A stretch of 64,000 bases of DNA, from IMG/VR virus record IMGVR_UViG_3300021121_000001, positions 51,328-115,327 of that record. One strand, written 5' to 3'. Below are positions 1-10,609 of this stretch, piece after piece. Source of the stretch: a virus. Its lineage: Duplodnaviria; Caudoviricetes. The first letter of the stretch is position 1. Each line of letters opens with the position of its first letter. The translations under genes and the position numbers were made by a program. Under the pieces are notes generated by a model that saw nothing but the letters and a program-made list of their open reading frames with translations, made no database searches and had not been told where the DNA came from.

Positions 1-1
1 A

Positions 2-1639
2 CCTACCTGGGTCTCTCAGCCATATACTAGACTGTTCTTCAAGGAAAGCTGTATATCCATCAAACAAAGATGAAGCAACAGAACCTTTACCGGCAGCAAG
101 AGGATATGGACTAGTTCTACCATTGATATAAGTGTATTTGACACCTGGCATACCTTGGTTTTTAACCAGATAGATATTTGCTTTGTTATCAAAACCTGTA
201 GCAAATTCTACACCTTTAGAAGGCTCATATGCATTGGTAGAAGTAGTTTCTGTAACATCCATGATCATGGAAGTGTAAGAGAACTTAGGCAAACCACCAA
301 TTCTTTCCTCATCCATTGTTCTGTTAAATTCAGAATCAAGAGCAGGGTTGTGTTCAAATGAAAGATGACCAAAACCTGAAAGGAATACTTTGTTAAATCT
401 GTAACCTGCTTCCAGATTGTAAGCATCTGAACCTTTTATAATACCCAAAGATGAGTTATCAAGTACAGTACCTATTGCATTGCTTATTGCAACACCTGCT
501 TCAGTACAGATTCTTGTAAGTTCAATCATTGCACCTCTACCACACTGGAAATGAAGGTGACGATCAACATCAGCTATATCAGGACGATTTTTAAATATTT
601 GAGAGAATACACCTTTGATTATATCAAGAGAGTATTTAGGGATTGTAAGCCAGTTACCATTTTTCATTTGCTGATACAGACCTTGAGCAACTACTTTATA
701 GTTATTTCTTTGATCTTGCAGAACACCACCCTGACCATACATCAGTTGTCTTTCAGTATCAAGCATGAGTTGTTTGTAAAGCAACACTTCAATCATTGGT
801 ACAAATGATACAGGTTTGCTTTTATCAACTTTACCTTGACCATTATTATAACCAATTGCCACCATGAATTCTGGACTCTTAGGATCAAGATAAGGAGCAA
901 CACTTGCAGCAAACTGATTTGGATTACCCATACCAGAAATATTATCAAGTTTCAGACGTTGAGCAGAACCATGAACTGTCATCTTAACAGCTCTCTTGCT
1001 ACCAATTTTATGGAGGAGTTTGATAAAGCCTGCTGACTGGTTAATACCTGGAGCTTCTTCATCATATTTACCAATAGTGGAACCTACACTAAACAATTGA
1101 GTGCCTGGTTTCAGCCATTTCTTGTCTACATATTCATTTCTGTCATTTGTAACAAGTTTCAACTTGTAAACAAAACCATCTGCAATTCTTTGCTCAACAG
1201 AAATAACTACAAAATTTTGACCATCACGAAGATCAGCAGTGATAAGCTGATTGAGACCAAAAATAGGATCAAGATTACCATCACCAATTAGGAGTTCAAA
1301 TACTTGACCATCAATACCTGGTTTTGAATTGTCACCAGTGAGATCTTCTCTGATGGTTGGCATTTCCAAAGTATAAGGTACATCAAATGTGAATTCGCCA
1401 TCATCACCATTTACATAAAGGGTGTTTTTAGCAAGTTCTGTCATTTTCAACAGGGGAGTGTTAACCAGTTGAAACTGATTAAAAAGAGTGAGGATACCCA
1501 AGTGTTGTCTGTTAACACCTTCTCCACCTGCAAGCAAGTTCATTAGCTTATTTTCATCAGCAAAGTTACCTGCCATCCTATAGTCCATTTTTTCAAGGAC
1601 TATGTTATTACCAAAATTTTTAAATGTTCCTAATGCCAT
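2..1639 (-). CDS. Major capsid protein, crAss-like (partial, runs off window start; absent from ORF track)
   Basis: ATG at 1639 (MALGTFKNFGNNIV...). Manual translation of both ends lies in one frame and ends ...FDGYTAFLEEQSSIWLRDPGR, resembling the crAss MCP C-terminal W-x-x-D-P region. Synteny TerL-portal-scaffold-MCP. Confidence 0.85.
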   Translation of the reverse strand, partial: MALGTFKNFGNNIVLEKMDYRMAGNFADENKLMNLLAGGEGVNRQHLGILTLFNQFQLVNTPLLKMTELAKNTLYVNGDDGEFTFDVPYTLEMPTIREDLTGDNSKPGIDGQVFELLIGDGNLDPIFGLNQLITADLRDGQNFVVISVEQRIADGFVYKLKLVTNDRNEYVDKKWLKPGTQLFSVGSTIGKYDEEAPGINQSAGFIKLLHKIGSKRAVKMTVHGSAQRLKLDNISGMGNPNQFAASVAPYLDPKSPEFMVAIGYNNGQGKVDKSKPVSFVPMIEVLLYKQLMLDTERQLMYGQGGVLQDQRNNYKVVAQGLYQQMKNGNWLTIPKYSLDIIKGVFSQIFKNRPDIADVDRHLHFQCGRGAMIELTRICTEAGVAISNAIGTVLDNSSLGIIKGSDAYNLEAGYRFNKVFLSGFGHLSFEHNPALDSEFNRTMDEERIGGLPKFSYTSMIMDVTETTSTNAYEPSKGVEFATGFDNKANIYLVKNQGMPGVKYTYINGRTSPYPLAAGKGSVASSLFDGYTAFLEEQSSIWLRDPGR

Positions 1640-1659
1640 TTTGTATTATTATTTATGCT

Positions 1660-2805
1660 TTATTTAAATTTAAATCCTTGAGGAGCACCTGTTTGTTTAC
1701 GCTTTTCAGGTTCTTTGGATACTACTCCAGAAAGAGGATTACCGCCTTCTTTTAGAAAATTAAATTGCTTTTTTGTAGCTTCTGCTTCTGCAATCTTTTT
1801 ATCTTCGTAAGCATCCATGTTCTTGATGAACTTCAGGAACTTCTGATATTTTTTAGGATCTTGGTTGATTTCATTCATCCTCACCATGAATTCAGAATAT
1901 TTATTTCCTTGATTGTCTTGAAATTTATAATCGTATATAAATTTATCAAGTTCTTTTTTTTCTCTTTCAGCAAGATTGGGATCTTTATAAATATTTTCCC
2001 TAACTGCTTTATTAAAAGCCTCTGCTCTTATTTTTCTATCTTGAGCAATTGCTTCTTGCTCTTTTATCATCTCTTCTCTTTCAGATTCTATAGCTGAAAC
2101 CAATTTTGATTTACAGTCTTCAGCTTCTTCTTTAAAATCAGAATCACCGGAATCTTTAAGTCTTTCTATATGTCTTTTGATCTTTGCATCGCTCCAATCA
2201 ATAGATTTGTAATATTCTTTTATGGCTCTTTCCTGACCATATTCATCAGAAGTATCAAGAGAGGAAACTTCTAATTGTTGTGTATAATTACCAACAAAAT
2301 CATCTACTGTACCTCCTGCTTTTAGAAAATCTACAAGTTGATTTGCAGTATCTGGAAATTGTGATCTTTCTTCAAAAATAATTTCTTTTGCTGAATTTTC
2401 TGCTTGTGCCTTCCAAAGAGCTTGAAATGTCTCTTCAGAATAGTCTATGTCCTCCCTTCCTTCAAAATCTTTCCAAACTTCTGTCTCTACAAGAAAATCT
2501 GCAAAAGCCTTATAGTCAACCTTATCAGCACTTAGCTTTTCAGGTTCTTCTTCTTTTTCTTTTTCAGATTTTTTATTGTTTTTATTAAAAAAACCAAGAG
2601 GGTCATGAGCATCATCTTTATCATCCTCTTCTTCAGTTTCTTCAATAACTACATCTTTAGGTTTTTCACCTTCATCTGTAGCTACTGGTTTAGCTTTTTC
2701 TTTATCTTCTGAATTGGGCTGAATTGCTCCAGGGAATTGTTCAGGGTTAATTTGAATACCCTCATCTTCTCCGAAGTAGAAGGGTTCTACGTTAACTTTT
2801 GACAT
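1660..2805 (-). CDS. Acidic/coiled-coil protein between portal and MCP (putative capsid scaffold)
   Basis: 381 aa with a very acidic N-terminus; position matches the conserved crAss-like gene upstream of MCP. Confidence 0.65.
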   Translation of the reverse strand: MSKVNVEPFYFGEDEGIQINPEQFPGAIQPNSEDKEKAKPVATDEGEKPKDVVIEETEEEDDKDDAHDPLGFFNKNNKKSEKEKEEEPEKLSADKVDYKAFADFLVETEVWKDFEGREDIDYSEETFQALWKAQAENSAKEIIFEERSQFPDTANQLVDFLKAGGTVDDFVGNYTQQLEVSSLDTSDEYGQERAIKEYYKSIDWSDAKIKRHIERLKDSGDSDFKEEAEDCKSKLVSAIESEREEMIKEQEAIAQDRKIRAEAFNKAVRENIYKDPNLAEREKKELDKFIYDYKFQDNQGNKYSEFMVRMNEINQDPKKYQKFLKFIKNMDAYEDKKIAEAEATKKQFNFLKEGGNPLSGVVSKEPEKRKQTGAPQGFKFK

Positions 2806-2914
2806 ATACTATATTTGGTTTGTAATACAATTATACAAAAAATTATACAATTTAACAAATAGAGTGTATTAAATAATGTACACCCTATGTTTAGCTTTAT
2901 TGAATAATTTCTGT

Positions 2915-5758
2915 TTATTTTTTAAGATTTGGTTTAATTTTTATTTTTTGTTTTTCAAGCTGAATTTTCTTATCTGCAAGTTTTTCATCTCTTTTTGCTT
3001 TTTCAGCAGAAAGCTTTTCTTGAGACTTATTCTGAGCCTGGATCTGTTCAAGTTTTTTATTTTCAATAGCCAGCTTATTCTTCATTTCTTTTTCTTTCAG
3101 TGCGGCATCCTGTTTCTTAAGCTCATGTTCTGCCTGGAATTTATTCTTTTCAAGTTCATGCTTTCTATGATTATTCAATTGATCTGCAAGAAGGGACTGC
3201 TGTGCAATTGCTGCCCTTGAATTCATATCTTCTTTTTTAATATCAATTTCTGTTTGTTTTATAAGTTGACCTGTAGTGTTTTCATCAGGATTGTAAGACC
3301 CTTCAGCAGCAATTCCTTTAAGTTTTTCCAGATTGAGTTTGTTATCTCTGTCAAGTTGGTTTTGTTCAGCCTGAAATTGTCTTTGCTTATCAGCTTCCTG
3401 TGCAGCAGCCTGCGTTTGCTGTTGTTGCATTTGCTGCTGCTGTTGCTGCTCTTCTTGTTTTTGTTTTTGCTGTTGTTTTTCCTGATCTTCCAATTTCTTC
3501 TGTATATCTATAAGGCTATCAAGTCTTATTGTTTCTATCAGTTTAGACATAGGCATCATAGACTGGTTATTTTTAAGAAGCAATTGCTCCACCATTTCTT
3601 TCCTTCTAACCTGTTCAGCAGAATTAGTTAAATACACTCCAAAATTTCTTAGGAGTAAATCATCAGATGCTATTTTGATAAATGCCTGTCCAAGATCTGA
3701 AGTTGTATATTGTTTTACAATATCTCCCTTTCCTTTTGATTCTACATATTGGGAAAGTTCCAAAAGCATTTGAAGTTTCCTTCTTCTGTAATTTGAAAAC
3801 TGTTCAAAATATATTTCTGTAATAGCATATGAGTTGTTTATAGCTGCTTGAGTTGTCCCAACTTCAGCAGACTGCATTACATTTCCTTGTCTTTGTGGAG
3901 ATATTCCAAGCTGCATAAACCCTTGTTGTTCAACAAGCATTGCAAGATTTATAAGTCTTTGTATCCTGTCAGATTCATCCATATCCATCACCTTCAAACC
4001 ATATTGCATGGATTGAGATTGGGCAGAAGTAGAATCATCTACAACAGCAAGACCAAGATTACTTGCAATTGTCATAAATTTCTCCTGTGCTTCCTCTCCT
4101 CCCCAATCTTTAATATTAGGAAGAAGAGAGGCACCCATAATAAAAAACTTACCATTGTTCTTTTGAGCAACATGATATGCCTGATTATAGAAAGCATTTA
4201 CAAGTACTTGATATGGCTTAAGGAGATCCACTACAGATTGACTTCTTCCATTTCTATTATTGAAAATACTTCCTATAACGGGAAGTTTACAATCAAATAT
4301 GAATCTTGGGTCATTTCCCCTGAATTGAAATTCCATAGGGCGAATATCTATATAGATGGCATTCCTATCTTCAGAAGTTTGCATCTTTTGATAGTTGACA
4401 TTTATCTTTATCCCTTGCCAAACTTCTGTTATCCAAGTCCAAGTAATTGTATTTGGTTCATCTGCATCTTTAAAAGATTCCTTTAAGACTTCAACACCAA
4501 ATATCTTTGGATCAAAGAATTCATCAACTATTTTAGTTATAATTTCCCCAGTTTCAGGATTTTGCAAATTCACTTTTCCAATCTTTCTTTGGGATTTCCA
4601 ATAAGCTTGAGTAACTTGTACAATGTCTGCCTGAGTGAATATATAATTTGTTCCATCTGTTCCAGGATAAAACCCAAACTGAGGAATACCATAAGGAGAT
4701 GCAGATATATTGCTTTCTCCTACAGCCTGTCCAACCCCTGTAACCAATGTATCATATTCCCTGTAGTCACCAAAAGGATATAAAGTTGCATTGAATGCTT
4801 CTTTATATACTGAACCCTGAGATTCTCCTTTTTGATATTCTGGGTAGAGGGCTTCTATTTGATCCCTTGTCATTCTCCATCCAAAATAATCTAAAATTTC
4901 TGTTTTAGACATATATAAGATCCTTCCACAATATGCAAGATCTTCTACATTTTTATTTTGCGTATTATATTGGTAGAATACAGTGAGAGGATTCCAGGTT
5001 TCAATAGCATACCCGGAATTGGTTAAATAAACATGTGAGAATGATCTATCCACCACACACATGTCATAAAATTCATTTATGTCTTGTTCTTTTACTCTAA
5101 ATCTTTCCAGGTCATCAGAAAGAGTGGCTTGTCCCCAATGTTCAGCAGCACTTCTGAAATCATATGTAAGGTATTTTTCTATTGATTGAGGTGTCAGTTC
5201 CTGATACTTTTCCTCTATTGCTTTTTTATAATCAGCTTCTTCCTGCTGATCTTTAAAATCATGTTTATTAACATCAATGCCTTGACTGGCAAGTTTTTTT
5301 GTAATTTCCTGATTTATATTTTCTTTAAGATATGACCATACAAGGTCAGATTTAATTCTTAGTTTCTCATTTGATGTTTCTGTATCTTTTGCAACAACTC
5401 TTACAAGATCAGGTCTTTTTATGAATTCTCCTACGAGAAGTTTTACAGCTTTTGTTGTTACATCGTAATGTTTCAGGAAAGAGGGGAGTTTCATTTCCTG
5501 ATATATCATAGTGGAAAGATCATATGCGTCAAAACTATCAATATAGTCTTCCACATTGAATCTTCCTTGCATTATTTCATAATTCTTTCTTAGTTCTATA
5601 TTGTTATAAAATGAATATCTTCCTACAGATTCAAGAGCATCCATGCTGTCTTTCATCCATTTGGTATATCCATTTTTATCTTTTTCCTTTTTAAATTTAA
5701 CGTCATAACTAACTTGCTGGGAAGGAAGAGAGCTATTTACCGGGCGATTATATAACAT
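2915..5758 (-). CDS. Portal protein, crAss-like, with long Q/K/E-rich coiled-coil C-terminus
   Basis: 947 aa downstream of TerL; WxSxRKIG and EVWQGIKI segments typical of crAss portals; poly-Q tail. Confidence 0.85.
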   Translation of the reverse strand: MLYNRPVNSSLPSQQVSYDVKFKKEKDKNGYTKWMKDSMDALESVGRYSFYNNIELRKNYEIMQGRFNVEDYIDSFDAYDLSTMIYQEMKLPSFLKHYDVTTKAVKLLVGEFIKRPDLVRVVAKDTETSNEKLRIKSDLVWSYLKENINQEITKKLASQGIDVNKHDFKDQQEEADYKKAIEEKYQELTPQSIEKYLTYDFRSAAEHWGQATLSDDLERFRVKEQDINEFYDMCVVDRSFSHVYLTNSGYAIETWNPLTVFYQYNTQNKNVEDLAYCGRILYMSKTEILDYFGWRMTRDQIEALYPEYQKGESQGSVYKEAFNATLYPFGDYREYDTLVTGVGQAVGESNISASPYGIPQFGFYPGTDGTNYIFTQADIVQVTQAYWKSQRKIGKVNLQNPETGEIITKIVDEFFDPKIFGVEVLKESFKDADEPNTITWTWITEVWQGIKINVNYQKMQTSEDRNAIYIDIRPMEFQFRGNDPRFIFDCKLPVIGSIFNNRNGRSQSVVDLLKPYQVLVNAFYNQAYHVAQKNNGKFFIMGASLLPNIKDWGGEEAQEKFMTIASNLGLAVVDDSTSAQSQSMQYGLKVMDMDESDRIQRLINLAMLVEQQGFMQLGISPQRQGNVMQSAEVGTTQAAINNSYAITEIYFEQFSNYRRRKLQMLLELSQYVESKGKGDIVKQYTTSDLGQAFIKIASDDLLLRNFGVYLTNSAEQVRRKEMVEQLLLKNNQSMMPMSKLIETIRLDSLIDIQKKLEDQEKQQQKQKQEEQQQQQQMQQQQTQAAAQEADKQRQFQAEQNQLDRDNKLNLEKLKGIAAEGSYNPDENTTGQLIKQTEIDIKKEDMNSRAAIAQQSLLADQLNNHRKHELEKNKFQAEHELKKQDAALKEKEMKNKLAIENKKLEQIQAQNKSQEKLSAEKAKRDEKLADKKIQLEKQKIKIKPNLKK

Positions 5759-5852
5759 GTCTTTATTATATTTACTTTATATAACTCTATTTTAATCAAA
5801 AAAAAGTAATAAATAAAACTTATAATTGATTTCAGTTAAAACTATTATAAAT

Positions 5853-7913
5853 TTATTTTCTCATCCATCTTGGAAGTTTGTTGGTTTTATCTTGAAAATC
5901 AAAAACATTTGTTTTCTTTTCCAAGTTTCCAAAAGGAGTTTTGAATATTTTTCTTGCTTCTCTTTGAATATTTGTATTGTTTGTAGGAATAGAATTAGCA
6001 AGAGGATATTTTATATCATAGTATTTGGCAAGTGTAATAGCACATCCAAATGATATTATCGAGTCATAGTTTCCATTATGCACCCCTTTTCCGGATATTT
6101 TTCCTTTATAATTTTTCATTTCTTCCAATAGCATGGGATCTTTTATTCTGCTAACCCCTAATGTTATTTCTTCTTCTCCATCTTCTGTAACACTTATAAG
6201 TTCCTCATTGGAATATTCCACCATTGCATCCATATAATGTCTTTGATTAGTTGTAGTTGCAGGAAGTCCTTTCTTACCCTTAAAGGAGGATTTTTTACTT
6301 ATTTCTGTCACCATATCAAAAGAGTTTGCAAGGAAAAATCCTTTTCTTTTCATGAAGAAATATTGAAAGATGGAATTTTCAGAAGCCTCTGGAAGAACTC
6401 CTTCTGTTGCTCCATAGTATTCTGCAACAAGTAAAGCAAGTTCATGGGCTTCAGAAAGTTCTTTTGGTCTTCCTCTATATGATGCAACAATGCAATTCTT
6501 GTATTGATCCAAAGGAGAAATCATTCTTTTAAACACTGTAATTGTAAAAAGGGAAACAACGCTATCATTAGAATCATTATTGTTAATTGGGTCAATACCA
6601 ATACAATAAGTAAATTTAGGAGCTTCCTGTATAGGGTGTTCAAAAATAAGAACGGGAGCATCTTTATTATCTTGGGGTTTTACTGGAAATTTGGATATTG
6701 GTTTTTTATCTGAAAATTTCCATGCAACTTTTCCATTTATATCTCTATAAAAATCCACATAGGTAGGTTCATAATAATTTTTTATCCATTCTTGTTGTTG
6801 TTTAATAGCATCTAAAGGAAATTTATTATTTGATTCTGTCAAGAATAGCTCAAATCTATTCTTTGGATGATACATTGTTAATTTAAGAAGATTGGTGGTG
6901 TCATTTGAATTAGAAGCCACAAGTCTTTCAGCATCAATCATTTTTTCTGCTCTTTCTAAATTTGTAACCTTGATATTTATTTTAGAAAGGTTTTCACATT
7001 CAGGTTTATCCAAATAGACAGAAAGAGGAACATCATCTTTTGGAAAATCATGTGCAAAATGTCCTGAAATAAAAACAGATGTCTTCTTTTCAGGTTCATC
7101 GGGAACATTCACAGCAAGAAAATTATAAGAATCTGGATCTTCAAATACTGTTCTGGCATCATTGGCTTTATTCATATCTCCTGATGTTCCAAATGCAAGA
7201 GGAGAACATCTCCATCCATAAGGAGTGGCAAAACCTGGAATAGCTCCTGAAAAAGCAGCAAGCCAATCCCCCTTTCCTATCTCATCTATCACCATAGAGA
7301 ATGGAGAAAGACCTGCAAGTGCTTCTGTATTCTTACCTCCATCTAAGTTTCTTATAGGAATAGAACTCCAGGGAATTCTTTCTCCTGATAATGTTTTTTT
7401 ACCAAATGTAACCTGCTTTGTCCATTTGTCTTCAATTCTACCATGTTTAAAAGCATGGGGTAGTCCTCCCAAAGCTTCTTCACACAAATCTGTTATAACT
7501 TTAATATCTGGCTCATTAAGTCCTGCTATTACATTCTGAGTACCCTTGTAGAATGTTGCCCTGTGTGTTATATAAGAAGCTTCATATACAGATTTAGCCA
7601 AACGCCTTGATCCTAATATACAAAGTCCTTTTTTTTCCTGTTCTGCTTTTCTAATATAGGAATCTATAAGCCATTCATTATCTCTTAAATAAGGGTTGGC
7701 AAGTTTTCTAATCACTCTCCCATCCTCAAGAATGTCAAGCTGACATTTAAAAAAATTAAGATGGTAGTAGAGAAACCCTGAAATATATACACCATCTATA
7801 TAAAGTCCATTTTTACATTTGTCCCTTTCAAGTTTCCAAAAAGCAGAAAACTCCTGAGAGTTAACGTCAGGAGTGTACTTTTGGTTTAGAATAAGTTCAG
7901 TTGAATTAATCAT
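5853..7913 (-). CDS. terL: Terminase large subunit
   Basis: Walker A-like GSRRLAKS, Walker B MVIDEIG, nuclease IGIDP; adjacent to portal. Confidence 0.9.
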   Translation of the reverse strand: MINSTELILNQKYTPDVNSQEFSAFWKLERDKCKNGLYIDGVYISGFLYYHLNFFKCQLDILEDGRVIRKLANPYLRDNEWLIDSYIRKAEQEKKGLCILGSRRLAKSVYEASYITHRATFYKGTQNVIAGLNEPDIKVITDLCEEALGGLPHAFKHGRIEDKWTKQVTFGKKTLSGERIPWSSIPIRNLDGGKNTEALAGLSPFSMVIDEIGKGDWLAAFSGAIPGFATPYGWRCSPLAFGTSGDMNKANDARTVFEDPDSYNFLAVNVPDEPEKKTSVFISGHFAHDFPKDDVPLSVYLDKPECENLSKINIKVTNLERAEKMIDAERLVASNSNDTTNLLKLTMYHPKNRFELFLTESNNKFPLDAIKQQQEWIKNYYEPTYVDFYRDINGKVAWKFSDKKPISKFPVKPQDNKDAPVLIFEHPIQEAPKFTYCIGIDPINNNDSNDSVVSLFTITVFKRMISPLDQYKNCIVASYRGRPKELSEAHELALLVAEYYGATEGVLPEASENSIFQYFFMKRKGFFLANSFDMVTEISKKSSFKGKKGLPATTTNQRHYMDAMVEYSNEELISVTEDGEEEITLGVSRIKDPMLLEEMKNYKGKISGKGVHNGNYDSIISFGCAITLAKYYDIKYPLANSIPTNNTNIQREARKIFKTPFGNLEKKTNVFDFQDKTNKLPRWMRK

Positions 7914-8220
7914 CTAATATATTTTTATTATCAAAGCCTTTTCTCATATCTTCCTTTTTAGCTTCTTGTTCCCTCAATTGTGAAATGGCAGTTATTATTT
8001 CTGTATAGTCCTTTAAAGCTTTACCAAGATCAGCTCTTTGCTGTTCCACTGTAGCAGCTATCATGTGAACCACTCCTCCTTTTGCAGTTTGTTTTAGAAA
8101 ATCCCTGTCTTTAAGTTTATCAAGGGGTCTTTTATCTATATACTCTTTCAATTCCTGAGATCTTTGTTCAAGCCATTCAAGTTCAAAATCTATATATGTA
8201 TTCTTTTTTGTTTTACTCAT
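7906..8220 (-). CDS. Helical protein overlapping terL start (terminase small subunit candidate)
   Basis: 104 aa, translationally coupled to terL; function by position only. Confidence 0.45.
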   Translation of the reverse strand: MSKTKKNTYIDFELEWLEQRSQELKEYIDKRPLDKLKDRDFLKQTAKGGVVHMIAATVEQQRADLGKALKDYTEIITAISQLREQEAKKEDMRKGFDNKNILDD

Positions 8221-8552
8221 TTTTTCAAATCTATATAGTCATAGTAAATCTTTTTAAAATCTGTAAAAGACACCAACAGAATAAAATCATACTCATTAGG
8301 AAATGCTATAAAAGTTCCCTCTATAAAATTATCTTCCTGATATATTTCCACTTTATTAGGCATAAAATAAAGAGGCTCACCAAGAGATTTTAGATTCATA
8401 ACCACTTTCATTGGTTCCCCATAAACTTTTTCATCTATCTGAATACCAAGTTTTTCTGTAAGACTTTCTTCTGAATTTGGAGAATTTTTAATCGCATAAA
8501 CGTAACATTCTATTACATTTGCTTCTTTTATAAACTTATGACTGTATTGCAT
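8217..8552 (-). CDS. Hypothetical protein
   Basis: ORF coupled to neighbours by overlapping stop/start. Confidence 0.6.
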   Translation of the reverse strand: MQYSHKFIKEANVIECYVYAIKNSPNSEESLTEKLGIQIDEKVYGEPMKVVMNLKSLGEPLYFMPNKVEIYQEDNFIEGTFIAFPNEYDFILLVSFTDFKKIYYDYIDLKK

Positions 8553-8886
8553 CTTTTTTGTAGTTATTTATAAATTCTTTAATTTTTTTAATTTCATCAC
8601 TGTCTGTAACGGAACTTGGTTTTTGAACTTCTTTCACAAGGGAATAATAAGTGTTTATTTCTGAAGGAAGTTCATCTAAAGATCCTGAAGCAACTTCCAG
8701 AAATATGTCTATTGTGTTAAACAGGGATATGTTCAACTCCTGAAGTTTTATAACTTTTAGTCCTAAATTTATTTTATTAGCTCTATCTACATTGTCAGAA
8801 CCAGGCAGCGTACTATTTAATTCTTTCTCTGAGGCTACGATCTGAGTGTAAATAGAGCTAATCTTTTCTATTAATTTAGTCTTCAT
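8536..8886 (-). CDS. Hypothetical protein
   Basis: Operon ORF; likely start MKTKLIEK. Confidence 0.6.
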   Translation of the reverse strand: MKTKLIEKISSIYTQIVASEKELNSTLPGSDNVDRANKINLGLKVIKLQELNISLFNTIDIFLEVASGSLDELPSEINTYYSLVKEVQKPSSVTDSDEIKKIKEFINNYKKDAIQS

Positions 8887-9094
8887 CTTCAAGTCCATTT
8901 TCAATTTTATAAATCTCTTTTTCCACTACACCAAGAAGCTCATTATCCTTCCATCTGAAGGGATGTACTTCATGTCCTATTGGGGAAACCAGATAGCTGA
9001 GTATTGCAGCTACAGATTCTTTCTGATTCAGCTCTATAAGAAAAGCTAATTTCTGTACAAGGATTGCCCTTTTTTGATATTCTTCTTTTTTCAT
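8876..9094 (-). CDS. Hypothetical protein
   Basis: Coupled ORF. Confidence 0.6.
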   Translation of the reverse strand: MKKEEYQKRAILVQKLAFLIELNQKESVAAILSYLVSPIGHEVHPFRWKDNELLGVVEKEIYKIENGLEDED

Positions 9095-9465
9095 TTTTTA
9101 GATTTCCATTTTAGTTCCTGAGGGTTTTCAGGGTTTGATATATTCCAGCTTTCCATTCCACAATCAGAAGAAAGGGAAGCAGTTTTCTTTTCTATGGGAC
9201 ATGAACAAATGGAACAATGAAAATCATCCCTATCTGTTTTATAATTTTGTTTATAAAGATCAAAATATTCTTTTGATGTCTGTGCATTTTTTGAATTGAA
9301 TGGACAGGTTTCACAAATACCCCTCCTGGTAATTATTTCCTGCATTTCCTCTTCCATTAGATTCTCATAATGGAGTTTTATGGAATTAACCCACCCTTCT
9401 ATTACTTTGTCTGCGTTTGCTATTCCTTTTGGAATAAGTTTCAAGTATTCTAAATATTTGCTCAT
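9091..9465 (-). CDS. Cys-rich putative Zn-binding protein
   Basis: CETC ... CSICSC ... C motifs. Confidence 0.65.
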   Translation of the reverse strand: MSKYLEYLKLIPKGIANADKVIEGWVNSIKLHYENLMEEEMQEIITRRGICETCPFNSKNAQTSKEYFDLYKQNYKTDRDDFHCSICSCPIEKKTASLSSDCGMESWNISNPENPQELKWKSKK

Positions 9466-9902
9466 AGTATTGCTTTATCTCCGTATTTTTTAATTTTCTT
9501 TTGTTTCCAGATCTCATTATTGTAATTCACTTGTTTTTTTATCTCATCAACTTGCTTCCAAAGAATCCTGAATTTTTTAAGATAGTGTTGATGTATACTA
9601 TATGCCCTAGTATCCGGAATAAGATAGGTGTCCTTATATTTTATCCTAAACCCTCTTATTTTATTAACCATTTTCCTTAAAAAGGATTTAGATTTTCCAT
9701 ACCTAAGACTGTATGTTCCAAGACCTGGGGCATATATATGTGGACTTGTAGAATTTACTAATTGTCTCTTCCATTCTTTCCAATATTCATCTGTAATAAC
9801 AAATAAAATATCCATAGGGTCTATTTTGTCAATGGATTCCTTAACAGGATTATCAGGATGTTCAAATATCTGACTGTTCAATATAGCTTGATTACCTCTC
9901 AT
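9462..9902 (-). CDS. Possible HU/IHF-like DNA-binding protein
   Basis: Basic protein; IYAPGLGTYSLR resembles the HU/IHF GFGTF turn; crAss-like phages encode IHF-like genes. Confidence 0.4.
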   Translation of the reverse strand: MRGNQAILNSQIFEHPDNPVKESIDKIDPMDILFVITDEYWKEWKRQLVNSTSPHIYAPGLGTYSLRYGKSKSFLRKMVNKIRGFRIKYKDTYLIPDTRAYSIHQHYLKKFRILWKQVDEIKKQVNYNNEIWKQKKIKKYGDKAIL

Positions 9903-10252
9903 TTTTTTATAAGTATTTCTATTTTAATTATATCAAGATCATCTACAGAAATATTAAAATCTGAAGCAAGCTCCTCTCCAAAATTATTTTTGGTTATGAT
10001 CCCATACTTCCTGAAAGAATGCACAAGGTTAGCAACAGAACTTTTGTTCTTGAGCAGCTTAGTTGTAATCAGTCCTTCCCTTGAAACTTTAGAATATCCA
10101 TTAACTACAAAATATGTAAGGGCATGGAGTTCTGTTTCAGACAAAGACAAATTCTTTGTAATAACTATAACCTTGACAAGCAGCTTTGCCATGTCAAAGG
10201 TGTTCTTTGTATTTATGTCGTCAATCTTTATCTTGATTCCCTTCATCTTCAT
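9899..10252 (-). CDS. Putative winged-helix DNA-binding protein
   Basis: LSETELHAL ... VANLVHSFRKYGII pattern. Confidence 0.45.
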   Translation of the reverse strand: MKMKGIKIKIDDINTKNTFDMAKLLVKVIVITKNLSLSETELHALTYFVVNGYSKVSREGLITTKLLKNKSSVANLVHSFRKYGIITKNNFGEELASDFNISVDDLDIIKIEILIKK

Positions 10253-10409
10253 TATAATTAAAATCTTCTTCCCAAATAAAAATCACTTCAGGAAAGAGGT
10301 TTTTTACCTCTTCCTGGTAAGGCTGTAAATCATAATCATTTACAATAACAGAATTTGTTTCCTCGTCAAAAGGAATATTCTTACTTATCAGATATTCTTT
10401 AAATGTCAT
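10221..10409 (-). CDS. Hypothetical protein
   Basis: Coupled small ORF (MTFKEYL). Confidence 0.5.
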   Translation of the reverse strand: MTFKEYLISKNIPFDEETNSVIVNDYDLQPYQEEVKNLFPEVIFIWEEDFNYNEDEGNQDKD

Positions 10410-10609
10410 AGTTTTTTTATTTCTTCTAATATAATTTCCCAATTGTCTATATTCTGGAATGGTGTATCCATATCATAAGAAGCATAAAGTCTTCCAAGCA
10501 TATATGCTTTTTTAGAAACATCATCCTTAAACCAATCAATCATTGGTTCGTTGTTCTTTTGATCAACAAATCCTTTTACATATAAAGACTGCAAAATATT
10601 ATTTTCCAT
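10406..10609 (-). CDS. Hypothetical protein
   Basis: Coupled small ORF (MENNILQ). Confidence 0.5.
   Translation of the reverse strand: MENNILQSLYVKGFVDQKNNEPMIDWFKDDVSKKAYMLGRLYASYDMDTPFQNIDNWEIILEEIKKL

Noticed and set aside
3400-3480. CTG/TTG triplet tract as a repeat element
   Set aside because: It simply encodes the poly-Gln coiled coil of the portal C-terminus.
16-7539. ORF-track ORFs antisense or out of frame to MCP, portal and terL (also antisense ORFs throughout 15-62 kb)
   Set aside because: Shadow ORFs of strongly strand-biased genes, with F/L/I-rich low-complexity translations.
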